In this document: in pieces, positions 47,871 to 61,444 of the stretch
How the letters are laid out: each line of letters opens with the position of its first letter
Numbering within the stretch: the stretch's first letter is position 1
Origin: the human T2T-CHM13v2.0 reference genome, Homo sapiens
Length of the DNA stretch: 64,000 nucleotides
Direction: 5' to 3' (one strand)
NCBI RefSeq assembly: GCF_009914755.1
Contig: NC_060927.1
The notes under the pieces: generated by a model
Databases searched by the model: none
Seen by the model: the letters and a program-made list of their open reading frames with translations, nothing else
Told to the model about the DNA's origin: nothing
Translations under genes and position numbers: made by a program

Positions 47871-48931
47871 TGTAAACTGCTATTTAATAAAGAAATAAGT
47901 GACCAACAGCAAGGGTTATTTCACAGTAATTTTCATAAAGTTGAACCAAACATGTTAAATTCTTTCTAGCTAAGGTCAGAAAGGGCACTGGTGACAGAGT
48001 CATAGCTGAACAGGTTAGATATATTTTCAAGATTTCAGAGTTAAAAGGAGATGAGATCAATTGCTTCTGTAGCCACAATGAGACTGCAATCAGTTAATGG
48101 ATGCCAGAGTTGGGAACTCTATGATTCTGGATGATAAGGTCAACATGTCATCCTAATAGCATCCCAGCTAAGAGCACTTGCATAGTTGATGCTTTAATAC
48201 AGTGTGAAAGTATAGAATCCTCCTGAAACCTTATACCACTGAAAAATTGTCAAGTTATTCTTGAGTGATCTTTGAATCAGAATTCAAAGAAAAAGAAAGA
48301 TTTTGGTCATTGAAGATATGAAGAAATCTTATGATCACCATATTGTCTTCATGCTCATTATTTTATGTGGGAGTTAATCTATGTTGGGGCAGAAAATAGT
48401 GTGAAAAGATGAATATTTAAATGCCATTATAGGTGTATATATTGTATTTATTTATTTGGTGTATTTTGTACTAATTTCATTAAATACGTTCAGGATTTCA
48501 TTCTTTGGCTCAATGATTGATGCTACCTGCTGATTTTAAGAAATATTATCACATGTTAGTGAAATTGTTTTATTACAAAAATCGGAGAAGCCCATATAGA
48601 AAACTCAGAAACTTCAAAACACTAAAAATTACTCCAGTCATCCAAAAACCACTTGAGTTACTTTTCTGGCATCTTGCCATGTGTTTTCGAAAGGAAAACT
48701 CTTAACTTGAAAATATAACCTCAGAAAAAACAAAGAATACACAATCGAATGTAAGAGATAAGGGAGCTCAGGAAAAGGACCTGAGGCTGTGAACTCACTG
48801 CTGCTTGGCAGAAGCTGTGAATCAATCATACAGCTTGCAGGAGAGATGATTTTGTGATATAAAAATGAAAGACATTGGTTTAGTTAATTTGCATGAACTG
48901 TATATTTTCAATTAAACGTGGAACTATTTCA

Positions 48932-49220
48932 TTTATTTATTTATTTTTTGAGATGAGTCTCACTGTGTTGCCCAGCCTAGAGTGCAGTGGCATGATCTAG
49001 ACTTACTGCAACCTCTGCCTCCCGGGTTCAAGCAATTCTCCTGCCTCAGCCTCCTGTGTACCTGGCGCGTGCAACCACGCCCAGCTAATTTGTTGTATTT
49101 TTAGTAGAGATGGGGTTTCACGGTGTTAGCCAGGATGGTCTCGATCTCCTGAACTTGTGATCTGCCCACCTTGGCCTCCAAAAGTGCTGAGATTACAGGC
49201 ATGAGCCACCGTGCCCGGCC
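48932..49220 (-). mobile_element. AluSc/Y-type SINE
   Basis: Antisense dimer; decayed TSD taaacgtggaactatttca / taaatattgaactatttca. Confidence 0.92.
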
Positions 49221-49444
49221 TAAATATTGAACTATTTCACTACTACATGGCCATGGCCACTACAGTAACTATTCATTGATTTTTTTTTTTTTTTTTTTTT
49301 ACATTTTACACAGAAGTCTTCCATCATAGAGACAAAATCTTAGTATGAATAGCACTGCATTTTGAATTGCTAATTTTCTTATAATAAAGTTCTCATTTTT
49401 AAAGTATTCTACATTATATGTAATCTATTTGTTTCTTTTCCTAT

Positions 49445-49610
49445 TTTATTTATTTATTTATTTGGAGACAAGGTTGTACTCTGTCACCCAGGCTGGAGTG
49501 CAGTGGCACAATCACAGGTCCCTGCACCTCAAACTCCTGGGTTCCAGCAATTCTCCCCCCTCAGCCTCCCAAGTAGCTGGGATTACAGGTGTATGCCACC
49601 ATGCCCAGCC
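49445..49610 (-). mobile_element. Free right Alu monomer (FRAM) or truncated AluJ
   Basis: Single right arm ending 'atgcccagcc'; flanked by ctatt..ttt(c)ctatttt-like repeat. Confidence 0.8.
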
Positions 49611-50128
49611 TATTCTTTCTATTTTCAGTATTAAAACTTGAGACTGATTCCAACAACCTTAAGATTCTGCCCTGACCCATTAATAAGAATAAGAGAAATG
49701 GACATTGGTCACCATTTTACCTGATAAAAAACTGTTTATGCTTTTATTGATTAGTGGATAGTTACATAATTAGAATGCAAGAAAATGAGTGTTATAATTT
49801 CTTTCTTATTCATTGATAGTTTTTATTTTGTTCTGCTTTTACTGTCCTGAACATTCTATGTAATCAATGAGGCAAATTTCATAGATTTCCAATATCGCAT
49901 ACATATTTTAATACATTCTTAGAAATTTGGAATTCCTACAATTTATGTCACTGGAGTCAGAAATGTAATAAACTTACATGCTACAATATGTTTGTACTGA
50001 TAATTTTGACCCATTTCTTTCTGAAATGAATAAGTTTCTATCCTGCCTTAGCAAGTAGGTGATTCTGAATATAACTTATACTTCTTTTTTATGATTGTGA
50101 GGCTTTTCCTCTTTTCCAAAGAGGAGAT

Positions 50129-50151
50129 TATATATATATATATATATATAT
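50129..50151. repeat. (TA)n microsatellite
   Basis: Seen directly. Confidence 0.9.
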
Positions 50152-51248
50152 TCCAAAAAGTATTCTATGCCACATCCTTTGAGGTTCAGTGCTATAATTA
50201 TTTTCTCTATTGGTAGCAATGGCAATTTATCTTCACCCCTTTATTTCTAAATATGCTTATATCTTCCTCTTTCTAAACTAATCCTTTGGTTAGAGCCTCC
50301 ACTTTTCTATAAATGTTGTTCAAGTTCTGCCTTCTTTGTTAAATGTCAAACATCCAACATTTATCTCCCTACAGGCTTCATGTCTCCCCCAAACAATTCA
50401 GAGAACCTTTTCTTGGTCTTCTTCATTTTTATCTGCTCTGCCTCCTCTTATGTTGAATTTTGAATGTCAGTAATAGAAACCAAAAATAGATATTTTTATA
50501 CAATATTGTACAGTTTGTGCTACACAATAGCACAAACCCCAAATCACAGTATTTTATAAAACTTATTATAATCATAAAATGAACAAAGCTATTATTGAAT
50601 TAATCTATATGCTCCTACTGATAGCAATTTTAAAACAAGTTATAAATTTTACATTGTGAGGTTCACGAAAGGTAGAGTACAAGGACTTACACACCTTAGA
50701 TATGTCAAAAATTTCATAAAGGGACTTTTTATTGTTTGAAGCTTCATTGTAATTCTGTTTTATAATATTAAAATAAATTTTAAACAGAGGTAATGTAAAT
50801 TTACATGGACCTTTCTCTCTCTTTCATTTAGCCATGAATATAATTATTGCACTCACTAATTGATGAGATGTCATGTCTGATGCTAAATTTTCTTATCACT
50901 CTATCCTTAATAATTCTGATTGAGAAGAGAATGTTTAGTAGTCTATTAATTTGCTATTCAGTTATTTGGACACTGAACAATGTAACCATTTAATAAAGTT
51001 TATGTTCCAATTTGATTATGACTTTGCCTTATACAGAGTATCCCAAAGGATAGGTATTCTGAAGTAGTGCTATAGGAAGAATAATAGTATTATTGATAGA
51101 AAACAGAAAGTTGAGATAGAAGGCTTTTTTAAGTTCTAGCTGTAAAAAATTTAGGACTATGGTGAGATATTCAGTGTCAATATTCTCGAAAAGGTTGGAG
51201 ATATGTAACAAAAACGTATAAAAGAAGGCAGAGATAAATATATTTTAG

Positions 51249-51629
<381 letters not shown>

Positions 51630-51881
51630 TAATGACTAGTCAGGTGAAAGGAAGTTTAAGAATATGAAATTTTAGACCAAAAAAGGATCATATTTAAGAA
51701 TAAAGAGTTGGTTAGAGGTAATGAATTCTGTAGCAAAATTTACAGGAACTAAAGCCTAAAAGTGCACATTTGATTACTCCATAGAAAGTCCAAGTTATAT
51801 TTAAAGTATACGTTCATATGGTTGTGGGTGAATAGCCAGATTGAGAAGATTAAGAAGAAGAGGTTATAAAATAAAAAGTAA

Positions 51882-52250
<369 letters not shown>

Positions 52251-54808
52251 TGATATTTTAAGTCAGTATATCTGACTAGGGAACTGGGTTGACATTACCT
52301 GTGTCCTGACAGCAATGGAAGCTGGAATCATAAAGCTGGAGTTCCTTCTGACACATGAAGTATGTTCAAGAGATGATTGAGAGCTAAAACAGGACAAAAA
52401 AAAAAAAGTCCACCATTACATTTTATGGATCATTTCTGTTTTGAAGGAGTATAGAGCCTATTTTGAGGAATAGTGTAAAATTGTAAAAATACAGTCAACT
52501 AGTTAAGGAGAGTCTTAAGGGTCAGACTAATGAATTGAGACTGCTTGGCAAAAGAGTGCTTTCATGGAAGCAAACAAAGTAATATTGCATTCTTTCCAGA
52601 AGATTAATTTGGCTACAATATATGGAAGATAAATAACAATGGGATCAATTAAACTAGTTCAGAAGTATTTGCAATATCGAAGTCAAGATACATCATGAAT
52701 CCTGCCTCTTCGGTCCTCGTGGCAGTAGGATTGAGAAGAGGTGGGGAACAGGACCATGATATATATACTGTGCAAGTAGACAACTGATGTGAGACCATGT
52801 GAAAAATACCATAGTTTGGTTGACTATGTTAAGTACCTGAGAAGAAAGGAGGGCAAGGGGAATTCGATTTTTGACTTGATAGAATTTACTGTGGAATATT
52901 CAACATTCGAGTAAACATCAGTTTTGGGGAACAGACATTGGCAGGGAAGAAGAGAGTAGTAAGGCAAGCTTTTAAAAATATAAATGTTAGTATTGAAATT
53001 CAGAAGAGATACTTTTTTCTCTGAAACTAAATGATAGAACAAGAGCTATATGTGAAAAAAGTAATCTACTGTGAGTTTGGGAGAAATTTATCTGAGGAAG
53101 TTCACACTGGAAATTATTAAACAATGTATAAATTGGAGATTTCAAAAGAATATGTAAATATTGATATTGCTTTCTTGGGAGTGTGCAAAAAAATGAAAAA
53201 AAAGTATGTGAATTAAATAATGTTTTGCAATAGTGAGTTCCCAGTAAAAGATTAGTATCATGATTGTTTTTAGGGGAATTTGGCTTTATGCATTTAAGTC
53301 TTTATTCCCCAAGAATTCATGGTCTAGCCTGGCCCGGAAACAGGGAAAGGGAAATAAAACTCTGGAGAAATCTGAAATTGCGATAGATGCCGTGGTGGAA
53401 ACCAAGTTTTTGATGAGTCCATTCTAATCAGAGGTTCAAGATCTGTGTGAACTGGCAGGATTGAGGAATAGGAGTTGATACTGGGAATAAGAGCAAGTTT
53501 AGTGAACTTGAAAGGAAGAAAATGTAAAAGGTGTATCATAATGCAGAGAAAGTACCTAATTCAGGAGTTCTATGTCATGTCCGTGCAGATTGGATTACGA
53601 TATAGATCTTGAAGAACATAACAGATGTCAAGGAAAGGCGTTATTAGGTAGAAGATGACTGGCAGTAGGAAAAATAGAATTGAAATGATAATGAGGAATA
53701 CTAAAAAAGAAAACAAATAATCCAGGTATTCATTTTTTGTCAACCAAAGGGGTCACATTTTGGAGGAATTTTGGTGTTTAGTAGGTGAGAAGGTTTATAA
53801 AACCTCTAGAAGGATCATCATAATCTCACTTGAATTTGAGGCCTCAGAGGGAAAACTGAGCTTGCAAAGCTGCAAGCACACAAATTTACAAGGAGTATTA
53901 TAGGCTTAAATAGGATGAAATAGACAGGGTGAATGTTAATAAATTATTGTTTTGTGGTTTAGAAATCTACCTTTTTCCTCCCTCTCCTCATCTGCTTTAG
54001 CAATATGTCTCCTAAATGATGTTGGAGCCAACGGGGATATTAGTTTTAAAATCATTCTTTTACATTCCATGTTCTTTTGCTCTAAAATGTCTATGTGTAA
54101 AATCAGGCCAACTTGTACATATCTGTTGAATTAGCGTATATTCTTAAATTTTAAATGCAAGACATTTATATGATCTTCATTCAACAATGGCTGTTTTTCT
54201 GTTTGATATGCCTTCCCCATTCTGCCTCTCTTCCATTCTAAATATTGATATCAACAATGTTGAAATTGTAGATAAAATTAATGAAAGCTATTTTCTCCAT
54301 TCCTTTCTAATTCTTCCACCAAATACATATGATGTCTCCCTCTCTTGATCTTGGCTAGCATTTATCAATAATTTTTATACTTAACATATGTTTTATTTCT
54401 TATCATTGCTATATCCCGATTGTTGTGCACTTTTCTTCTTTGCATACTAAATTGTAAATTGACTCCTCTTTGTATTCCCTGTAGTGCTTAGCATGCAGTT
54501 TTATAGAAAATAAACACCCGTATTTGTTTGAAGATTTGCTATTATAGTGACTCTAGTTTTTCATTTGATCCTGTCTTCTTTTTGTTTATTCAACTATGTC
54601 ATCTTTCAGATTATATTTTGTATTCTGCAATGTATTAACATAGTGTCATCCATTTTCTTTATATGTCTTCATAGCTTTGGGAATAAGGTTTTACATACAC
54701 AAAAGATAGTTTTTGTCTATAGTTATATTAACTCACTGATTAATTTACCTTTGAATTTTTCTACTGCTTGTAATATTTGATAAAAAGAATTGCAGTAAAA
54801 ATTATAGT

Positions 54809-54860
54809 AATTGTAGTTAGCTTCAAATTGTAGTTAGCTTCAAATTGTAGTTAGCTTCAA
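54809..54860. repeat. 17-bp tandem repeat x3
   Basis: aattgtagttagcttca x3, perfect. Confidence 0.97.
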
Positions 54861-55531
54861 AGAACCTGAAATAACAGTCTCTTAAATGATCTCAAAGACC
54901 TACCTGTCTCCTCTAACAAAGAGAAATATTGTATAAATCATGAACATCTAAAATTAGCTCATAAAATGTTTTTAAAAAAGAATATGTTCTTAGATGTCAT
55001 TTTAGATAAACAATTTTAATATAATAAAATTTTAAAATGACTGAAGTATCTATTACAATAAAGTAAATAGTGGTCCTATAATAAAGTGCTTAATGGAATA
55101 TATTGCAACAGAAATATTTCTGGAAGAAGTATTTAATAGTAATTTATTTCATAATAGCATAATCTTGGCAAAATTTCTTATTATAAATGCCAAGATATAT
55201 AAACAGAAGTGTTAATATTCATTTGAAATTATTAAAGCAAAACAAACACATTTGATATTATACTAAAATGTTATCTATGCTGTGTCAATGTAAACATTGA
55301 GCTATTTGTTCATGTGATATTAGACTAATTTTTGTGTATGTAGTTTATTTATCCACATGCTTTTACACCTAATCAGGCTGCAGGTGCAATAGCAAAACAT
55401 TAGTGAAAAAATAACGTCAGAACAACAGTTCTTGCTTATATTTGTAAACAAAATATGAAACCCCAAACTCTGAAACTGGTACTGTTATTTCCGTTTTTCA
55501 AATGAGAATAATTAAGGGCCCCTCAGTGAGG

Positions 55532-56250
<719 letters not shown>

Positions 56251-56696
56251 AGGTTGCTGGACCAAGACCAGATATGTTTATTACTCAAGTCTCGTTTTTA
56301 TTGTTTTGTTTTGTTTCGTATTGTTTTACCACTATGCTCCAAATCCCTTCTCTTCCTCTCCTTTGTAGATCCTGAAACTCACCCAGTAAATTGAAAGCCT
56401 CTAGCCTCAGTCCATGGCTCCTTTTGGCAGTACCATAGCTTCTTTTTCACTGTCCTCCACTGAGCATGCCTCAGGACTATACAAAGACAATGATCCCCAC
56501 ATTTACGAAGCCACTCTACTGAGCTGTACTTTGAAGATTTGTACTTTCAGTTTGAGAATACTTTAGCTATATTTATCTGTTGATTTATTCAAGTAAATTA
56601 ACTATTATTCGCCAGCAAATTGCAAACCCCAGTTTGGGAATAGAATGAAGCGGAGAGTGGAATGGTCCTGATTCACAGAGGTTTTTCATTTCATTG

Positions 56697-56742
56697 GTTC
56701 TTTAGATTGATCACAACACTCGTTCTTTAGATTGATCACAAC
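56697..56742. repeat. Tandem duplication, period 25
   Basis: gttctttagattgatcacaac at 56697 and 56722. Confidence 0.95.
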
Positions 56743-57229
56743 TCCCTTGTTTCTGGGAATGATCGGACCACAGATTTTGTCACTACCCACTTCTACCCTC
56801 AAAATTATTCCTTCTTACGGGCGTCCACCAAAGTCTAAAGCCTAGGAACCTGTACCAGGAATTTTCTGCCTCAAATGAAATTTCTTTCTCAACCTATTTG
56901 TGCTATGGTGGTTAAGGATCTTTTTTCCTGAATTTTTGATGATGTGCTCCAACACACCACTCTTTCCCATGGGACTCACTGGTGTTTATGTAAATGAAAT
57001 TTTGGTTGATCAAGGTGCCCACCAAATGTGGACTTGCCCAGATTTCTGGTGTGTTTTATTCTTAGGAACCCATTCTGGGACCACAGATACCTGGATATGA
57101 AGAAATGAATTGATAGAATATTAGAATAATTGCAAGATAAACATTCCTGCTGTGGTGGCAATTGGCTGTTGACACTGAAATTTTTAATTGCATTTTTAGA
57201 ATTTCAAAATTGGTAAAAATGTGTTGCAC

Positions 57230-57630
57230 ACGTGATGCTAGGAGAAGCGGGCCTTGCTGTTATTCACTGTTTCAATCTTTATACTTGTAGGAGTAGCTCT
57301 GTTATACAATTTTGGCCAGTGTCTGCTGAGAAATTTCTGGAAAATCTTTCTCTCCCCTGATAACATATCCAGATATCGGAGATACAGACCCCTCCTCTTA
57401 ATTCTTCCCTTAAATGCTGACATGATGCCTTGAGCTGAGGTAGCCATCTTGTGACCAAGAGAAGAAAGCTAAATTAATTTCAGAGACTCTGATCCTGATA
57501 TTGTTATATAAGCTGTGAAACCAACACCAGCAGATCGCTACCTTCAGTCCTCTTGTTATCGGGGAAAACTAAACTGAGTTATAGCCACTGTTGGACTGGT
57601 ATTCTGTTACATTATGATTAAAATATGCCT
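57230..57630 (+). mobile_element. Old MLT1 (J/K/L-like) LTR
   Basis: 'tgatgccttgagctgaggtagccatcttgtgacca', 'agccactgttgg..tattctgttac'. Confidence 0.65.
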
Positions 57631-58562
57631 GTTATAAACAATGGTGTGTAAATTTAAAATGGCATGTTATAAATTTATAAGGAGACACTTAACTATCAAA
57701 TCAAAACACTTATTTCAACATAATGAGTTCCTTCTATTTTTATATATGGGAAAATCAGATTGTAAACTGCTTGGTGAGTATGGATTTCAAATAAATGGAT
57801 TTCATTAGTTAAAAAAAGAAAAGTCTAATGGCAACAGATTCAGATCCACCATTTCCACAGTAGGAATAGCTTTGCCTATGGAGTAAAACACTCCAAATCT
57901 ATTGGATAGGAATATGTTTACTCTGAACTGTGCTAGGATGAGCCCTGAGTAGTTTTCCTAAACTACTTTTTCTTGACTCTTTTTCTAAATTGGTTCCAGG
58001 ACTTACTAGTTGTATAATCATGGGCAAGTTCATTTTCCTGTATGTCCTACTTTTAATATGTTAATAAGCATATTTTTGAAATAGGATTTGTTTGATTATT
58101 CAGTGAAAAATATTTGAAAAGTTCAAATATTGCCTGGAATGTAGTAAGTGCTCAATGATTTTAGATTTATTTTATGACTAGCTAATTCTTCTTAAAAACA
58201 TGTGTTTTCCCTACCTATCTTAGTATATTCAGCCAAGATAGAATCAGGTCTTGTGACCTCAGATCCATTTTGATTTTTTAAGGTGGTTTGCATATTTTTG
58301 CTCTGATTAATTATGCATTGTTATAATTAAAATTTAATTTAGGAAGGAATCTTTTTTCGACACAACTGTCTCTCAATTTAAAATGTAGATAATTTATGTG
58401 TTTTTGAGAAAAACAGAGAGAAAGAATACTATTCACATACATATATAAATATATATTCCCTCTTAAATTTTGATACGATCCAGTATAAACAGTCATGGGG
58501 TTGAGAATCAGGGGCTTGTATTCAGGGTAGTTTAAAAGTTCTTCTGAGTATCAAAGACATTA

Positions 58563-58884
<322 letters not shown>

Positions 58885-60017
58885 TGAAACTCACTATCCA
58901 TAATAGCCTCTTGCAAAGTGCTTCCTACCCAACATTATTTCCTTGTCAATTACTACGCAGGTTTTCTGAGATTACACTCTTAACTCATGAGGTTTCTGAG
59001 CACTTTGAAAACCTCCCACAAAACTTTTAAATAAAATTATGATACAATTTAAAAATTTGAGGAGGCCTCCAGATGAAAAATCCTGGGAAAAGATATCACA
59101 TATTGAGCCAAAATAGTTTTCCCCTGCATTATTAAAAAAATTTTTAAAAGTTGATCAACTTCTTGCTTCAAATTAATGAGCACTCATTCAGAACAATAGG
59201 ACACAATCTGTCAAGATTAAATAAACAACTAAACTGTAACCTCACTGAATAGAGCAAGGGTTTCATATTTTAAAATCTAAACTCTTAATTGAAGTTAGAG
59301 AATTATATAGAGACTGCTGATGGCTAATGCTATCTGAATCTTTATTGATATTAAGGGTGATTTTATTTCATTTAGTTGTGATGTTTATATTCACCATTTC
59401 CAATAAAAAGGCTATTTACACTTCATATTCATGGAAATAACAAGAATGAGGCAAAATATTTTTTTCTTTCCAATACACTAGATTTTAAAATAATTTTGTT
59501 TTAACCACCTTAAAATCCTCTACCATTTTCAATAAAACCAACCATTCTACTGAAAGATGGGGTCACTTTACAATTTGGGGGGAAATGTTTCAGTGTAATG
59601 TAAGCATTTCTGATAACTCCATTGTTTTAAATTTAAAGATCCTGTTGAGTCCATTTGTAGACTGCTCATCAGTTATTAATATCTTTGGCGAAAGATATAT
59701 GAGCATGTATAAAGGTGGTTATAATAATTATGACAGTGTTTGATGCAACAACAAAATAGCTATCAATGTTTTAACACTATGATTCAGAAAATATACTAAA
59801 TAATTAACATATAATTCTCTATTATTTGGCCAACAAATGAAGTAATTTCATTATTTAAATTATCTAGATAAAATTGAAGCTTTGGGGGGTTAAGTTATGG
59901 GGTGAAATTTCATCAGAAACTAATTTAAACTCAGATATTTTTGACTTCAAAATCTGTGTTTTTAACCAACAATAATTTATAGTATTTATTTATATATATG
60001 CAAAATGAATAAACAAT

Positions 60018-60392
60018 TGTATTAGTCCATTCTCACGCTGCTATAATGACACACCCAAGACTGGGTAATTTATAAAGGAAAGAGGTTTGACACACAGTTC
60101 AGCATGACTGGCAGGTCTCAGGAAACTTACAATCATGGCAGAAGGGGAAGCAAATATGTCTTTCTACACGTTGTGGCAGCAAGCAGAAGTGAGAGTGAAG
60201 GGGGTGAAAAGCATCTTATAAAATCACCAGATCTCATGAGAACTCAGTCACTATAATGAGAACAGCAGGGAGGTAACCAACCCCATGATTCAATTACCTC
60301 CCACTGGGTCCCTTCCATGACATGTGGGGTCCCTCTCGTGACATCTACAGTTCAATATGAAATTTGGGTGGGAACACAGCAAAACCATATCA
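60018..60392 (-). mobile_element. THE1 (C/D-like) solo LTR
   Basis: 'tgtattagtccattctcac...aaacttacaatcatggcagaagg...aaaccatatca'; perfect 5-bp TSD acaat. Confidence 0.92.
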
Positions 60393-60994
60393 ACAATTAT
60401 ACATTTTCATGTTAATTATATAAGTAGCTAATGATAAAAATTGAAAGTATAATTAAGTGTACTGGTTCTATTAGCCAATTTCATATTATTGAAACAAATA
60501 TATTTTAGAGTCATCATACTTTCTAGAATTAAATATATTTTTCTCACACAGTTTCCTTCTCAATTTTTCCCTACTTTCATTCAAGTTGTTCAAGACAACC
60601 TCAATATTAATAGTGCAAAGTGCTTTCAAATTTTCTCTTATCTTCTTCAACATTGAGAAATAAATTTTATAATCCCCATTTTACAGATGAACATCTGCTT
60701 TCCAGAATTTAGTTGTATATCCAAGTGAAAACTTCATCATAACTTACTATGATAGAAATGATAGAGATTTTAGAATTCAGGAGTCTGACTTTAAATGAAA
60801 TTTAGTAAAACAAGAACTGCTTTTTAAGTTACCACAGATGATATTACTGAAGGTTTTGCTAGTGCAAAATGTGTATCTTTATTTCCCCAGCCTCTTTTAG
60901 CAGCTTCCTAACTACTTGTCATTGATTTGCTAAACAAATTGCTGGTTTTTACTATTGGTGAAAACGGTCCCATTTCATTTTCTAATCCAATATC

Positions 60995-61358
60995 TGTGCT
61001 TCTCAACAAAGCGCAATATCTATGTTGCTCAATAAAGCCCAAATACCAGTGGCTTAATATTTGAAATGTTTATTTCTCATTGAGGCAACATTTGATGCCT
61101 GCCAGGTGTCTCTGTTTGGTGTCTTTCTTCTCAGCACTGACTCTAGGATTTAAGCTATTTCCATCTTTCTTCTTCCATGCCTTCAGGAGAAAATGGTTGT
61201 CAAAGTCAACATGACAGGCGAGAGGGTTCATAGGCTCAGTAGGGAGTTTTAAATGGCTAGAGAAGTAAATTTTTTAATATTTTTTTCTGTCTACCTTACA
61301 GATGACCAACATAATTACAAGGGTAACTAGAAGAGCACATGGAAATAGTCTCTGTCAC
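60995..61358 (-). mobile_element. Old MLT1 LTR fragment
   Basis: 'cccaaataccagtggcttaa..gtttatttctca..agtctctgtcaca'. Confidence 0.55.
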
Positions 61359-61444
61359 AGCCTTTTATTAAAAGATCTTACTAACTTTCAAAATCAGATA
61401 AAACCCATAAAAGAACAGTACTATCAAGATAATAGAAATAATTT

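Noticed and set aside
54809-54860. Short repeats as a CRISPR-like array
   Set aside because: No spacers, eukaryotic context, no cas genes.
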